A program made the position numbers and the translations under genes. Shown here in pieces: positions 16,075 to 30,479 of a stretch of 64,000 nucleotides of DNA (its first letter is position 1; each line of letters opens with the position of its first letter). Below the pieces are notes generated by a model, which was not told where the DNA came from, made no database searches, and saw nothing but the letters and a program-made list of their open reading frames with translations. The DNA lies in the NCBI RefSeq assembly GCF_009914755.1, contig NC_060942.1; one strand, given 5' to 3'. This DNA is from the human T2T-CHM13v2.0 reference genome, Homo sapiens.

Positions 16075-19000
16075 TAAGCATAATCTTGGTCAGAACTTGG
16101 GCCACATCCTTTTAGGCATCTATGGAATGCTATGTTTTCCATCTACCCTTTGCATACATAATCTCTTCATGTTCTTCTAACAATACTGACAGTTAAGAAG
16201 ATTAAATACTTCTTCCTCCAATTGTCTAATGAGGTAACCAATATTTGAAAAAGCTTCAGGGTCTTGATTTCAGGTAACAATATTAACTAACATATTATAT
16301 TGAACACTTGCTTTTTCATATAATCTCATATAATCCTTATGCTAGCTCTGCGATACAGAAATAATGAATACCTGAGAAAATGATGCTCTGAGTATTTAAT
16401 ACTTGGCCCAAGGATACACTAATATCAAGTAGGAGAAGGGGTTTTTTGACTCAGGAATCAAAACTAAGATGTTTCAATCCTACCTGAAATGTTTTTTAAA
16501 AAAGCACTAGTTATCTTAGAGATAGTTTCTGACTTTTCTATGTGATTTTGTCAAAAGGCCTTGACAATTCATTTGAAAATTAGAGTTCTGTGAATACTTG
16601 TACCTAAACTGAATTTTCTGAGACAAGCATCTTGAGAAAAATGGATGATTTTTTAACTTTCTTTGAGTCTCATGAAAGAGACTACATTTTTCTGAGATTG
16701 GCAAAACATTATTTGATTTGTTGATGGTGGTTATTAGGAAAACAACTTAATGGTAATTCCATGCTTTGGGGAAAAATGTGGTTTCCTCAATACGAGATGA
16801 AATGTGCGATCATTAATTTAGTTCATCTTGGAATTATTCTCATTGTTTTTACTTGAAAACCTCATATCTGAAGCCTTCCACGAGGTATAGGGTCGTTTTT
16901 GTCTCCATTTCCCAACTTGTAAGTTCTGTTCTGGAAAGGCTCATGTCAAGTATGTTACCCATTCAACCCATTCCTCCTGATGTGTCCTGTCTCGTCGGAT
17001 TCATCCTTCATTCATCCATCTATGCAATTCTTAATTGTTCTTCAAGAAATGTTCTTAACTAAGCCCTCCGTTATCATCCCAGATTCCTATGTATCTCATC
17101 AATAGATCTATTTCTGGAATTCCTATATGTTTGGTTGTCCAGATAATTTTTAGCCTTGATTATATATGATATATTGTTCATTTCTAGGTGTTTTCTGTGC
17201 ATTTTGTCCTTCCTAAGTTCCTTGAAAATTTCTAATAAAAGTTCATAGTTCTAGAGAAAGCACTGTATGCTGAACACATAGAAATTATTATTAGACTTTA
17301 AAATCACGTGGTACTTTTATCTAAACATTTCAATCACAATGGGGAGTAATGAGACCCAGGCTACCGTGGAATTATTTTTAAGTCAGTGTGATTAGGTGTA
17401 TATGACATCAAGCTGTCAGTAATGTGTACATGTAACATTTAATATGTAAACCTAAGCACATTTGGGTGAAACTTTAAGTTTTTATCTTCCGTTTGGTGTG
17501 TGTAGGTAGTTTTTGTAGATCACAAAAACAGTTGCATTTGACATTACTTAGAAATCAGCACTTGAAACAATTTGAGACTTCCACCATGCAGTCCAGAATC
17601 TTCGTTGTTCACTACAATTTGCATTACTAAGCATTGCTTATGTTTTCCAAAGTAAAATTCAAAAAGCTCTACATTAAAAACATATTCTACATACTTCACA
17701 AGGTTATTACTACTTGGTTGTGTTAGTGAAAAATCTGAGCTGTCTTCCTGAAAGACCTTATCTGGAGGTCAATTCTTGTAATCCCTTTATTATCCAACTG
17801 TTTCCAGTTCTAGGTTGAATTACAAGAAATCTGCTTTGAAGATTATTTTCTTCACAGGGAGTCACTGAAGTTTTTTTCTATTAAGCTGTCAAAAATATTC
17901 ATTAATATCTAAGCATATACATATGTGTGTACAAAGGTAATATATAGATTACATCCATCATCTATATCACACATTATATATGTGTGTGTTTATCCATATC
18001 TGCATCCGTTCTATATATATTTATACACACATACGTAATGGCGCAGTTTAGAATATTGTGTGTTAGCAGATAGAAAATATTAAAACTAAAGGTAAAATGA
18101 GCAGGTAATAACTGCTTCCTCCAACCAAATGTTGCCAGACTCCTGTGGTTTTGTAATAGAAATCTACCCTATAGTTTGTGCTTCTTCCTAGCCAAATTAC
18201 TGTCTTATCTCCTAACTATGTACAGTTCAGTCAAGGAGAGGTTTCATTATGTTAATAATTACATTGCCTGCAGGCTTTTTGATGTTGCATTCCCCATACA
18301 GAATAGAAACAGATTTCATAGAAATATCATTAAAGCTGTTAACTACAGGAGAAAAAAAATCAAAGAGGCAATCAAAGCATATACTTTATTATCAATAAAT
18401 GTAAGTAGTTTCAGAAATGGCTTGCATTTGAAACACGTTCACTAAGCAGATCATCAGCAATGGAAGCTGCTGCTTAAAGGGAGAGAGCTTTGTGGTCTAA
18501 ATCCATTTGGATCACTACAGATGATTACTTAGGTCCTTTGCTATTCATTTTTAAATATAGGCTCAAGAATCATTTTTAAATTAGCAAACTAATAAAGGGA
18601 TAGAATCAGCCACAGAATTCTGACCTGAATTCAGGCTATGTGAATTATATATAGGTCATTACTGCAATGACAACACGTGACAGTTTTTCTTCAAATCCAC
18701 TTTTATTTTAGTTTTTTTTTTTTTTTTTTTTTTAACAGTGGCTGTTAAATTGATGATTTTGGAACAGTAGAACTCATTGTACTACACAGTCATTTAAAAA
18801 AGACTTTAAATATTCAAATGTTCAACTACATATTCCCTGACACTAACATTTATCTTCATTTTGGACTTCCAGCTGAGAAACATCAGTATAATGGCTCGGA
18901 GACATCAGCCTCGTTCAGTATTAGGAAGATAGTGGCATGCCTTGATCCTTCTAAAGCTTTTTCTTTGAAAACCTCATATTCAGATTCTTTTTTGAAAAGG

Positions 19001-19725
19001 ATTAATTAAGTTCCCAAGATTTTTAAAGAAACATATATGAAAAATCATAATTTAGGTTTTGTTCTGATTATTGCAAATATCAAATTTCTTACAGTAAAGG
19101 GAAGACAGGAAGGCAGATGTTTAGATAGTTGAATGAAAACAGAGTAAGAGAAAGAAAAGATAAAAAGTGTATTAATTCATATATGCTATGTGACTTCTTG
19201 ATTATCAGGAGCCCCAACATCCTATAAAACCTAAAATATTTGGTGAATTAAAGCAGATGAATTCAAATGTCTTTGAAATACCGATGATTTGGAAAATAAA
19301 ATAGAAGTCTATTTCACAAACACATTTTAGCTTTGAAACAGTAGCATTTGATTAAAAGTTGAAGATAGCTCTTTAAAGTGAAATTATGTTTTCCTGTTAT
19401 AAAGTAATTAACAATCACTATGAATGATTTGATGATAAAGAATCACTGATTTTCACAACCAAAAGAAACCAGAGATAGCTAATCCATTGGCAGCTAAAAT
19501 TTGGGGGATAGAAATGGTAGAAGCTCAGATACAATGATAGAAGCTAAGAACCCTACTCCTCAAAAAATATACATATTACAACTTTTAATGTGCAGATAAT
19601 TTCAGGGGCTTGTTCATGGAATCTTTGATGCTAATGACAGGTTTCTATCATAGGTAGAGTAGGGATAAAAAACCACACATCCTGTCATCTATAATTAATC
19701 AATTATAAATCATTAAACTGAGCAG

Positions 19726-19726
19726 C

Positions 19727-19761
<35 letters not shown>
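19726..19761. repeat. Compound (CT)n(CA)n microsatellite
   Basis: Direct read. Confidence 0.93.
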
Positions 19762-19762
<1 letters not shown>

Positions 19763-20360
19763 ACAGACACACACATGCACACCCTGTCTTCAATATGATT
19801 ATATGTAATCAATCATGCTTTGTTAAAGATTCGGCTAACTTTTATATGCCGTTTATTGGGTTTAATATCCAATAAGATCTCATTATAAAGTGCTCTGTTA
19901 TACTATAAATTTTTATATATAGTCAGAAATTACTGTTCCCAGTGCAAATAGTGACATGTAATACATCTCATTTACTCCAACATAAGTACTTAATTTGTTC
20001 TGAGATACAGGTGTTATAATGAATTTCCACTGTAATGAAATATTGAAATTTAAAAAAGGTAGTTGGATAGGCTGACATTGATTGATGAGTTACTTGCATA
20101 GATTATGCATCTATTCTGAAATCTTTCCATTCTTTGAAGAAATAGGTAACTTGAATGGAGATGGGGAGAAATTAGAAGCAGTTTGCCACAAAATTATTGT
20201 CCAACTGAGGGGATCAGTGAGGAATATTAAAGACATCTTCGAAATGATGAGCAGTTAAGCCCATTAAGTTCCTTGACTGACATACTAAAATGTAATGAAA
20301 TGGAAGGCTGAAGCTGTTAACGGTATTGATTTCACATCTAATTCCCATTGTTAAAAATTT

Positions 20361-20689
<329 letters not shown>

Positions 20690-23099
20690 TGAACATTTTT
20701 GAGTCTCCCTTTATTTCATTTTCTCTTGCAGCTCATGTGCATGTAATGTATCACATATGTAAAAGTATGTAAATTATACTAAAATATACTTTATGGATAT
20801 GGAGCTGAATAAATGTATAAGTATATATATGTACATGCATACCTATACATATCTTCATAATTAATGTAAATAATATATTCTTCATATATATGTAAGAACA
20901 TATATATATATATGACCTATAAATCAAAGGGAAAATATTAGGGAAATAATGAATTTGAATTTCTGGCATTTTTGTGAAGATGAGTAAGCATTTAATAGCT
21001 CAAGTGAAACACAGAGCCTCGACACTAGCCAGGAATGCAGTAAACACATATCTAACAAGCAAGCACTATTTTGGTCTATTTCAGAGCACTGATATTTTAT
21101 ATATGAAATATATGTATATTTTGATATTCATATTTATTCAAATCATACAATTATGAAATTTTTATTTTAACATATGAGAATAATTTGAAAATCAGATCAT
21201 AAAATAAATTTTACAACGAAAGAGTTGAAGTAGAAAACAATTTAGTACCAAAGGGCAGTCATTTCTCAGGAAACAAAAAGGCAGTTGGAAACTTTACACC
21301 AACAAATCGAATGTTCTCATTTGGCTGGCAATTGATAAAAACGCATCCTGTTGTTGTGAATACTTAAAGTAAATGATCCAGAAGAGTGCAGTTGATGCCC
21401 AGGGTATTGGGATTGGCAGTACCAGTGTAAACTGAGTGCAAATTATGGTACTTACTGCCTGATATTTCCCCGCCAATAGTAATTAAGCTACGTAGATATA
21501 AAGAAATTATCAGATGGGGAAAAGTGCCCACAGGCTCACATGCACACCAAACACATAGACACATGTACCGATTTTAGTTCATACCAGATGTGTGAAGAAA
21601 ACACTCTTTTCTGATCCCTTTTAGTAACAATGATGAATCAACAAAATCAAATGGGTTAGACTACATAAAGTGCCTTAGGCCTGTGATTTATGGTAACATT
21701 TGTAACTGTATATAAAATCACTCATTTGGCTGACATTTAATGAGTCCCTTCTATGTAGCAACATTGTGCATATCCTTGTGGAAAAGACAGTTGCTGCAAT
21801 TACTTGCACAACTCAATGGAGTGTGTACTGGCCGTTCTCCTGGGACAAAGAACCAGGACACTGAGCAGCCCTGGCTAGGCTTAGCAGGAGAGGAGTGTGG
21901 CCTCATGTTTGTTCTTATGGGGATACTGCTTTGAGCTGCAGATATTCCTATAGTCTATTTTCCCCCATGATGCCTGACGGAAGTGTGTGTGTGGTTGTCA
22001 TATCTGTTTCCCAGAAGTTTCCAAGCCTCAATGATTCTCAGAGTCATGGTCAGGTAAGGCTGTGCATGACCTCCCGCTCCAGACCATACACAGCCCCTAC
22101 ATTGCTAAGTAGCTCTCTCAGATTGCTCTTCCATATTCTCATAGGTTTCACTCTGGATGAACAGTTCATTTGCAGCTTCTCTTCCGTGCCACACTTGGAA
22201 CCTCAGAAAACTCTGAGTGATATGGGCACACCTCACACTCCTTCCTTCTCAGCAAATTTGCCACCTACTATGCATGTGGTGGATCAGATAAGGTGCATTT
22301 TCTTCTCCTTTGCCCCTTGAAACTTGGAGTCCATTTGAATTGTGTCACATCACCCCATTGTGCTCTAGTGGGAGAGATGAGCAGAAACTTCCCACACACT
22401 GCCTCCCTTTCCCTTCCCCCAGATACCCACTCATCTCCCAGTCCTCCTGGAGTGGTTCTGTTTGGGAAACTAGGGCTCAGCTCTCACCTGCTTTGAATGT
22501 GTTACAAGTCACAGGAGGAGTGATGCCCTTGGAGTTGGGTCATTTTAAAATCCAAATCTCTGCTCCCAGATTGAGCCATGTTCACAACAAAGAACACCCT
22601 TTCCATGTGGCCACAAGAGAGCAAGAAGGAACACATTCAATGAGTACTTTACTTATCAACTGGGCCACATGTTTATGCACTGTCTGCACCATATCACAAT
22701 TCTGGATCCCTCACATACGGCATATATCTTAACAGGTCATTCAGTCTCAATGTTCTCGTTCCTTTCTCTGCCTTCTGTAGAGGAATAATAGGTTCAGAAT
22801 CAGAAATGTCCCCTCTTGAAATATGTGCGTTGTCTTTGTGAATATATCAATAATAGTATAAGCATACAAATTATTTATGTTTTTTTCTTTAAAATACAGT
22901 ACTGTGACCATCCACTTGAACAATATTAGTGGACACATTTTTGGTTTGCTTTGTTTCATTTTTTTCCCATTAAGGAAATGTCTGCTTTGTTATAACACAA
23001 TACTAATGCATCACTGTACACTTTAAGACTCCTCGTTGTTCAACTTTTTCTCTTAAAGTCTCCTTTTTGGAACATAGAGCTTTTTCATAGAAAAAGTAT

Positions 23100-24490
23100 T
23101 TCTTCCTGGAAGAATATTGAAGTGGAGACACTCATAAAGTGTCTGTGAAAATACAACTCTCTAGGAGTAAGGGTTCTTTCTGTGAAATAACACATCAAAG
23201 AGGAATGAGGAGAGCAAGACAAAACCCAGTAGAGATGGATTGGAATGGGATGCATTACTTTGGAGTCATGAAACATATGTACTGTCTGTGTATATGTATA
23301 TAAACATTTGTGTAAATATATGTGTGTGCGTATGTATGCATGCACACATGTTTCTTAGCTCTGTTCACCAAAAAGACCTAGAAGCAAATGCACTCAAGTA
23401 GCAACTTATACACCTAGGATTCAAATATTTGTCTTTATACCATTCCCCACTAAAAGAACCAGAAAACCTTGAAGGAATGTCTTTTTCTAGAGCTGAGGCA
23501 AGATCAAGATGAGCCTGGAACATATTATGCCAAAAAGAAAAGAGGTACTCCAATAAACAATGGGGCATGTCACAGGGACAGAGAAAAACGATTAAAAAGA
23601 GCTTCCCTAGTTGAATCTGGGTAAATTTGAACACCAGTATAATTAAGGACAATAATGAATTATAGATTATAAAAAGGAATCCATGTGCCCATTGAAATAA
23701 AAGATTCACAAAAGAGAAAAATATGGACTTTTGCTTATAGTCAAATGCTAAGTGTCAACAAGTAAATGTAGAGAAAGGAATGCTGGAATAGGAAAAAAAA
23801 TCATTATTTTGTAACCACCATGCTAGAAATGGACTCCATCAAGAACCATTAGTAGATGCTAAATCTATGGGAAATGTTGATAACAAGCATATTTATATGG
23901 TCCTAATGTTATCTCCCCATGGGTTGCTTATTAGTTGTAAGTGGTAGAGTAGAGGGCTGGGAAGGCGTAGGGGACCTTCAAATTCTGCTTGGCCAAGTAC
24001 TCAGTTCTGGAATCATAAATGAGGCCAGAGAGAGAGCTTGTGCCTCTGGATGTGATGCCCTGAGAACAGATCATTTACATTTCATTTGTCTGAATGCATA
24101 ACCTAAGTCTAACATGAGACAGAGACACATTCAAAATGATGAACATTTTATTTATAAAAAGGGGCTAGATTCTTTAAAAATATCAGTTGCCTGAAAGTCA
24201 ATGTATTTAGTACTGTTCCAACTCACAGCAGCCTGGAAAGACATGGCAACAAAACCTGACCCTAAACTGGATCCTAAATTGGTGAGGGGAGTGCTACACA
24301 AATGACATTATTGGTCAGTTGCCAAAATGCAGATGAAGATTAGATAAAAGTATTGTGTTAATATTAAATTCACTGAAGTTGAGAACTATACTATTCATAT
24401 ACACATTTATTTTTAAGAAATATGTACCAAAGTATTTAGGATTAAGGAGAAATGATTTGGGTAGCTTATTCTGATGATATATAGATTCTC

Positions 24491-24528
<38 letters not shown>

Positions 24529-24700
24529 GTGTGTGTATGTAATTATACAGAAAGGAATATTTTGGTATATATATTTCAAAGTGTTGACAATAGGTAAGTC
24601 TGGATAAAGGAAACATGGCTGTTCTATGCACTATCCTCATTCTTAAAATTTCCTTTGGTTTTAAATTATTTAATACCTTTTTAATGGCAAGAAGGAAAAA
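23100..24700 (+). mobile_element. Old L1MC-type 3' region
   Basis: ccattccccactaaaagaaccag...caagatgagcctggaacat...ggggcatgtcacagggaca...aaagagcttcc motifs recalled from L1MC/L1MD 3' ends. Boundaries approximate. Confidence 0.55.
24492..24536. repeat. (TG)~22 microsatellite, one interruption
   Basis: Direct read. Confidence 0.95.
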
Positions 24701-25180
24701 AAACACAGTAATTTGTAAAGATAAAAAAATACAGTGTTAAGAACAAGGAATCTCAAGGTTCCAGGACTGATGGGAAATATGTGAAGGTGACATTAATACA
24801 TGTTCTGCCATGAATAGAAATATTTTTCCAAATGAATGTATGAGCAGTGATACCATAAGGGGCCTGGGTTCCATGGAATAAATCTTGAAAAATGATGCAG
24901 AGTTACGCTGTTAGGTTCCACGCTGATCTAAGAAGTGTATCAACAGATTCATGCCAGTCAGTTTTTCCTATGCCATTTTTGCTATGGAAGTTCAAACTCT
25001 CAGAACTGTATTACAGGCCTACAATGTATATCTGTCCAAAGCTAGGTGTTATCCAAGCCTGGGGAAAATACACAGACAACATTATTAAGTAAGGCTGTAG
25101 TTAAACCTGGAATGGTGGTATCATTTGTTGATTTTAGGTAACCATAGTGTGGCCATTGCATTTACCATTTACAAGCTATA

Positions 25181-25882
25181 TACAGGTCCATATGCAGGAA
25201 TACAAAATTATGAAAAAATACAAAATTTGCAGAGAATCAAAATGGAAGCTTTTTCTTAACACATTCTGTATCTGAACCTGACCTGACCTCATGCTAGGCT
25301 ATTCATAGTCTCTAATGAGCCCATTTGGCATGAATATCATATGCTTTACTGCAAATATGTAGTTACATTTGATTAACAATGTAAACAATTTGATATGAGT
25401 ATCATATGCTTTACTGCAAATATATAGTTACATTTGATTAACAGGGTGCTACTACAGACCCCATTAGGGAAAAAAGAAAAAAAAAACCCTGCACAGATAC
25501 TATGTTACTTTTCTAAAATCTGAAAGTTTCAAAATCTTAAGATACCTGGGCTGGGTGTGGTGTCTCACACCTGTAATCCCAGCACTTCGGGATGCCAAGG
25601 CAGGAGGATCGCTTGCCAGGAGTTCAAGACTGTCCTGGGCAACAACATAGTGAGACCCAGTATCTACAAAAAATAAAAATAAAAAAATAACTGGTCATGA
25701 TGGTGCATGCTTGTAGTCCTACCTATTCAGGAAGCTGAGACAGGAGGATTGCTTGACCCCAGGAGTTCAAGGTTGCAGTGAGATGTGATCATGCCACTGC
25801 ACTCCAGCCTGAGAAACAGAGCAAGACTCTGTTTCTGGAAAAAAAAAAAAAAAGTGTTTTAGGTAAACGATTGTGGATCTGT
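25181..25882. mobile_element. MER46C-like Tigger element interrupted by an AluJ
   Basis: Termini tacaggtcca.../...gattgtggatctgt; internal ctgacctga, tttgatta..agggtgct, ctttctaaaatc. Confidence 0.55.
25549..25853 (+). mobile_element. AluJ-like
   Basis: ggcaggaggatcgcttg, gtgagaccc, ggaggattgcttgacccc; poly(A) tail. Confidence 0.92.
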
Positions 25883-26467
25883 GCTGTCTAATTTCATTAG
25901 CAGACAAGTTATTTATCCTTCTTAAGTAACAATAATAAGAGAAAATGTAATACTAAAAAGTGGAATTGAAAATGGAACACTAAAATTCATTTAATGAACC
26001 CAGAATCAGGCAAGATTTTAAAACTCTGACTTAAAGAAAGACAATGTGGTAAATTATCCATAGCTGTGCGACCTATTTTAATTATAAGTAGAACCATAAT
26101 ATACAAGTACTCCAAATGTACTTTCTCTTTTCCTTCTGCAGTTATTAGCCATGTGCAGGCAAAGACATAGTGGCATAGTGGCAAATTTTTCAGACTAAGA
26201 ATTTAGATTCACAATCCCACTCTTTGCTGCCATTATCTTAGTCACTTGTACTCCTTTACCAGTTTCTCTAAATGTAAAATAAAATAGGCAATTTTGGTTA
26301 ATGTAAGCTTTCTTATGAATTTTAAAATGAAGCGATTCTAAAGCTTCCAGAGTTTATATTTTTATATTCTTATTCCATATTATTCTAAAATACATACTCC
26401 TAGAATTTTATTGAACTGTAAAAATGTAATTTTGTTTGTTTTGAGAACAAAAACCCACTTATCCTAA

Positions 26468-26710
<243 letters not shown>

Positions 26711-27317
26711 TAGCTCTAGGGCTGGAGAAATAGGAAAAGACTCGCAAGCTCTTGAAACAGCCCAGTGTTAACACATTCATTGAAAAGCTGATTAGTTTTA
26801 AAGCACTTGTTATTGGAAACTTTACACAATTTAATTAAATTCTGGTGGTAAGAGGTAAATGGGCAATAAAGTGAAGTCAATAGAAAGGATACCAATTTTT
26901 TGGTTGAGTCTGCAGTGGCCTGGCGTGTGTGGGCAACCAGATTTGTATTAACTCACCTGGTCGTGGAAGGCATTTGCAGTTTTATTCCTTAGACTAAGGG
27001 GTGATTGCCCTCCTAGTCAATGGCGTTTGCCAAACTGCTTTTTTCATTCTAAGACATTTATATCTAACTCCCTTCCATCATCAGGATGTGTCCTACCATT
27101 TTTTAATGTTTTCAGAAGAACTTACTCTGAGAAGCCTAGTCTCCTTCTCCTTACATTTTGCTCCTACCCAATGGTTAGCATAGACACCTGAAAAGAAGCA
27201 AATTAACTGTTCAGGTAAACTAAAAGTAAAAAGGTCTTTAGGGAGACACATGAAACTGAAAAATTCTATTTGGTGATACATGCACACACATATGTTAAAA
27301 ATAGAAATTGAGTTTCA

Positions 27318-28018
27318 TATATATGTGTATATATAATATGTATACCTATATAATACATATATATTACATATATACGTATATGTATTATACATGTATAATA
27401 CATATATAAGCAAATACATATACATCTATATGTATACATATATTATACATGTATAATATATACTATATATATTATACATATAATGTATAATATATGTATA
27501 CATATACATATATTATATATTATATAATACATATATACATATACATATATAATACATATATGTATACATATATAATACATATACATGTGTATATATACAT
27601 ATATGTGTTATACATAATACATATATACCACATATATGTATTATAACACATATATACCACATATATGTATTGTAACACATATATACATATATGTATTGTA
27701 ACACATATATGTATATATGTATATATACATATATGTATTGTAACACATATATGTATATATGTATATATACATATATGTGTATATGTATGTGTTATATATA
27801 GTATATATAATATATAATGTATATGTATTACATATCTATGTATATACATGTATTATATATAATACATATCTATGTATATATACATGTATGTATTATATAA
27901 TACATATCTATACATCTATATGTATATAATACATATCTATGTATAATATATAATACATATATGTATACATATATATAATATATGTATACATATTTATAAT
28001 GCATATATATATGTATGA
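27318..28018. repeat. ~700-bp AT-rich (TA/TACA/TATG) array with embedded higher-order units
   Basis: Direct read; 42-mer catatatgtattgtaacacatatatgtatatatgtatatata tandem at 27686-27769. Confidence 0.95.
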
Positions 28019-28936
28019 CTGTTGAGGTATTTACTTCCAGATTCTCAACTTCATGTAGGAAAATATATACAGACATGTATATATTCAATAGTTAAATCAA
28101 AAATTGGCCCCAGGATATGGGAGTTCTTATTATTTGTTGTGAAGCTTGTCAAGCATAGAAAGGCCTTCCTGCTTTCACATAAACTGCATGATCAGAATTT
28201 TTACTTAAAAATAAGAAATATTTTATATTCAAAAATAGCTCAAGCCCAGTCCCAAATTATATTATAAGATAAGCATTACAAGAGCTCCTCCTATGTAATC
28301 ATGGGTTGTATTTTTTTCTTGCTATCTTCAAGCTATTTTTTGCTCTTGTTTTTTCAACTTTCTGTTTTATCTGCCTTTCTATATATTTTAGCTCTTCAAC
28401 GCATTTTGCCAACCAATTTAAATAAATTCAAAACCATCATCATCCAAGATAGATGTGAGTGTGAAGATCTGATTCCTCAGTAACCTTCACCTCCAGTATC
28501 TCATTTACTGCAGCCATGAGAGGCTCAAATAATTTCAACCAATCTAACAGCATTTTGGGAGATAAAAATTGTGGCAAAGTGTCTGACAGTTTCAAGAGCT
28601 GTGGGTATATTTCAGCAAGAGAAGCACAAAATCTATTATTTCTTGGTGAATTATTCCATTTTGGGTACAGGAGAAAATCTCTGTTCCCATGGCGTTATAA
28701 GCTGCCTTCTGCCTGTGAGGGTTTAGGTGTGGGTAGAATAACCCAAACCATTCAGTACATTGAGTAGTGTTAAACAAATTGGAACTTAATGACTGTAAAA
28801 ATAGCATGTGCTGTTTTAACAAGGAGTCTACAGATTAGTTGGTTTTTAGTGGGGGAGTCTGTGTCACAAGGTAGGTTTTATAGCTCATTAGAAGGCTGGA
28901 GTGTAGTTTGTAAGAGTCTAATGTCCAATTCACTGA

Positions 28937-29182
<246 letters not shown>

Positions 29183-29311
29183 TGACATAATATTGACAAT
29201 AATGACATGATATTGCACATATATCATATATTCCATTTTCAAGGCTTCCTGACTAAAATTTTATGGACTATTACAGTTAAATGTAAACTTTCTATCAAGA
29301 TACATACTCCC

Positions 29312-29645
29312 AGCTGGATGTGGTAGTTCACACAGGTAATCCTAGCACTTTAAGAGACTGAGGCAGGAGGATGAGTTAAGCCTAGGAGTTCAAGACCCAC
29401 CTGAACAACATAGTGAGACCCTATCTCTGTAAATGTTTTTTTTTTTTTTTTTTAATTAACTGGATATGGTGGCATGCACCTGCGATCCCAGCTACTTGGG
29501 AGGCTCATTCTGGAGGATCACTTGAGCCTGGGAGTTCAAGACTGCAGTAAGCTGTGATCGTTCTACTGCACTCCAGCCTGGGCAACAGAGTAAGACCCTT
29601 TCTCCAAATTAAATAAATATATATGTATATATGTATATACATATG
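29312..29645 (+). mobile_element. AluJ-like with poly-T in the central linker and TA-repeat tail
   Basis: ggcaggaggatgagttaagcc, gtgagaccc; linker aaatg(T)n aatt. Confidence 0.9.
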
Positions 29646-29987
29646 TATATACTCTTGAGTCAGTATATACTAATAGGTAATCCTCAAAATGTGACTATTG
29701 ACTAAGAGCTAAAACTTTGTGTATTTTTTATTTCTTTACATTTTCTAATACACATTTGTGCATGTGTGGATTAATTTTGATTGGCATGTTTTATTCCCCC
29801 ATCTAAAAGTGTGCAGATGATTAAAGGTGTAAATGATAGACAATCCCCCTATATTTACCTCTTAATTAGAAAATATATCAAAAGGAATTAGGCCAAATAA
29901 GCTGATATTAAAATTTAAAGTATTAAAATTGAGCATGAAAAATGTGTATGTTGCCTACTAAATGGAAGAATAGACACAAACACACAC

Positions 29988-30479
<492 letters not shown>

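Noticed and set aside
21740-22732. Overlapping 140-aa ORFs in a GC-richer patch
   Set aside because: No recognisable domain, promoter or retrocopy hallmarks; expected by chance with fewer stop codons.
27318-28018. Identification with the TA-repeat insertion hotspot reported in DCC in colorectal tumours
   Set aside because: I recall that site near a more 5' exon; it cannot be assigned from this sequence.
29633-29652. Perfect 20-bp palindrome gtatatacatatgtatatac
   Set aside because: Trivial product of the TA-repeat Alu tail.
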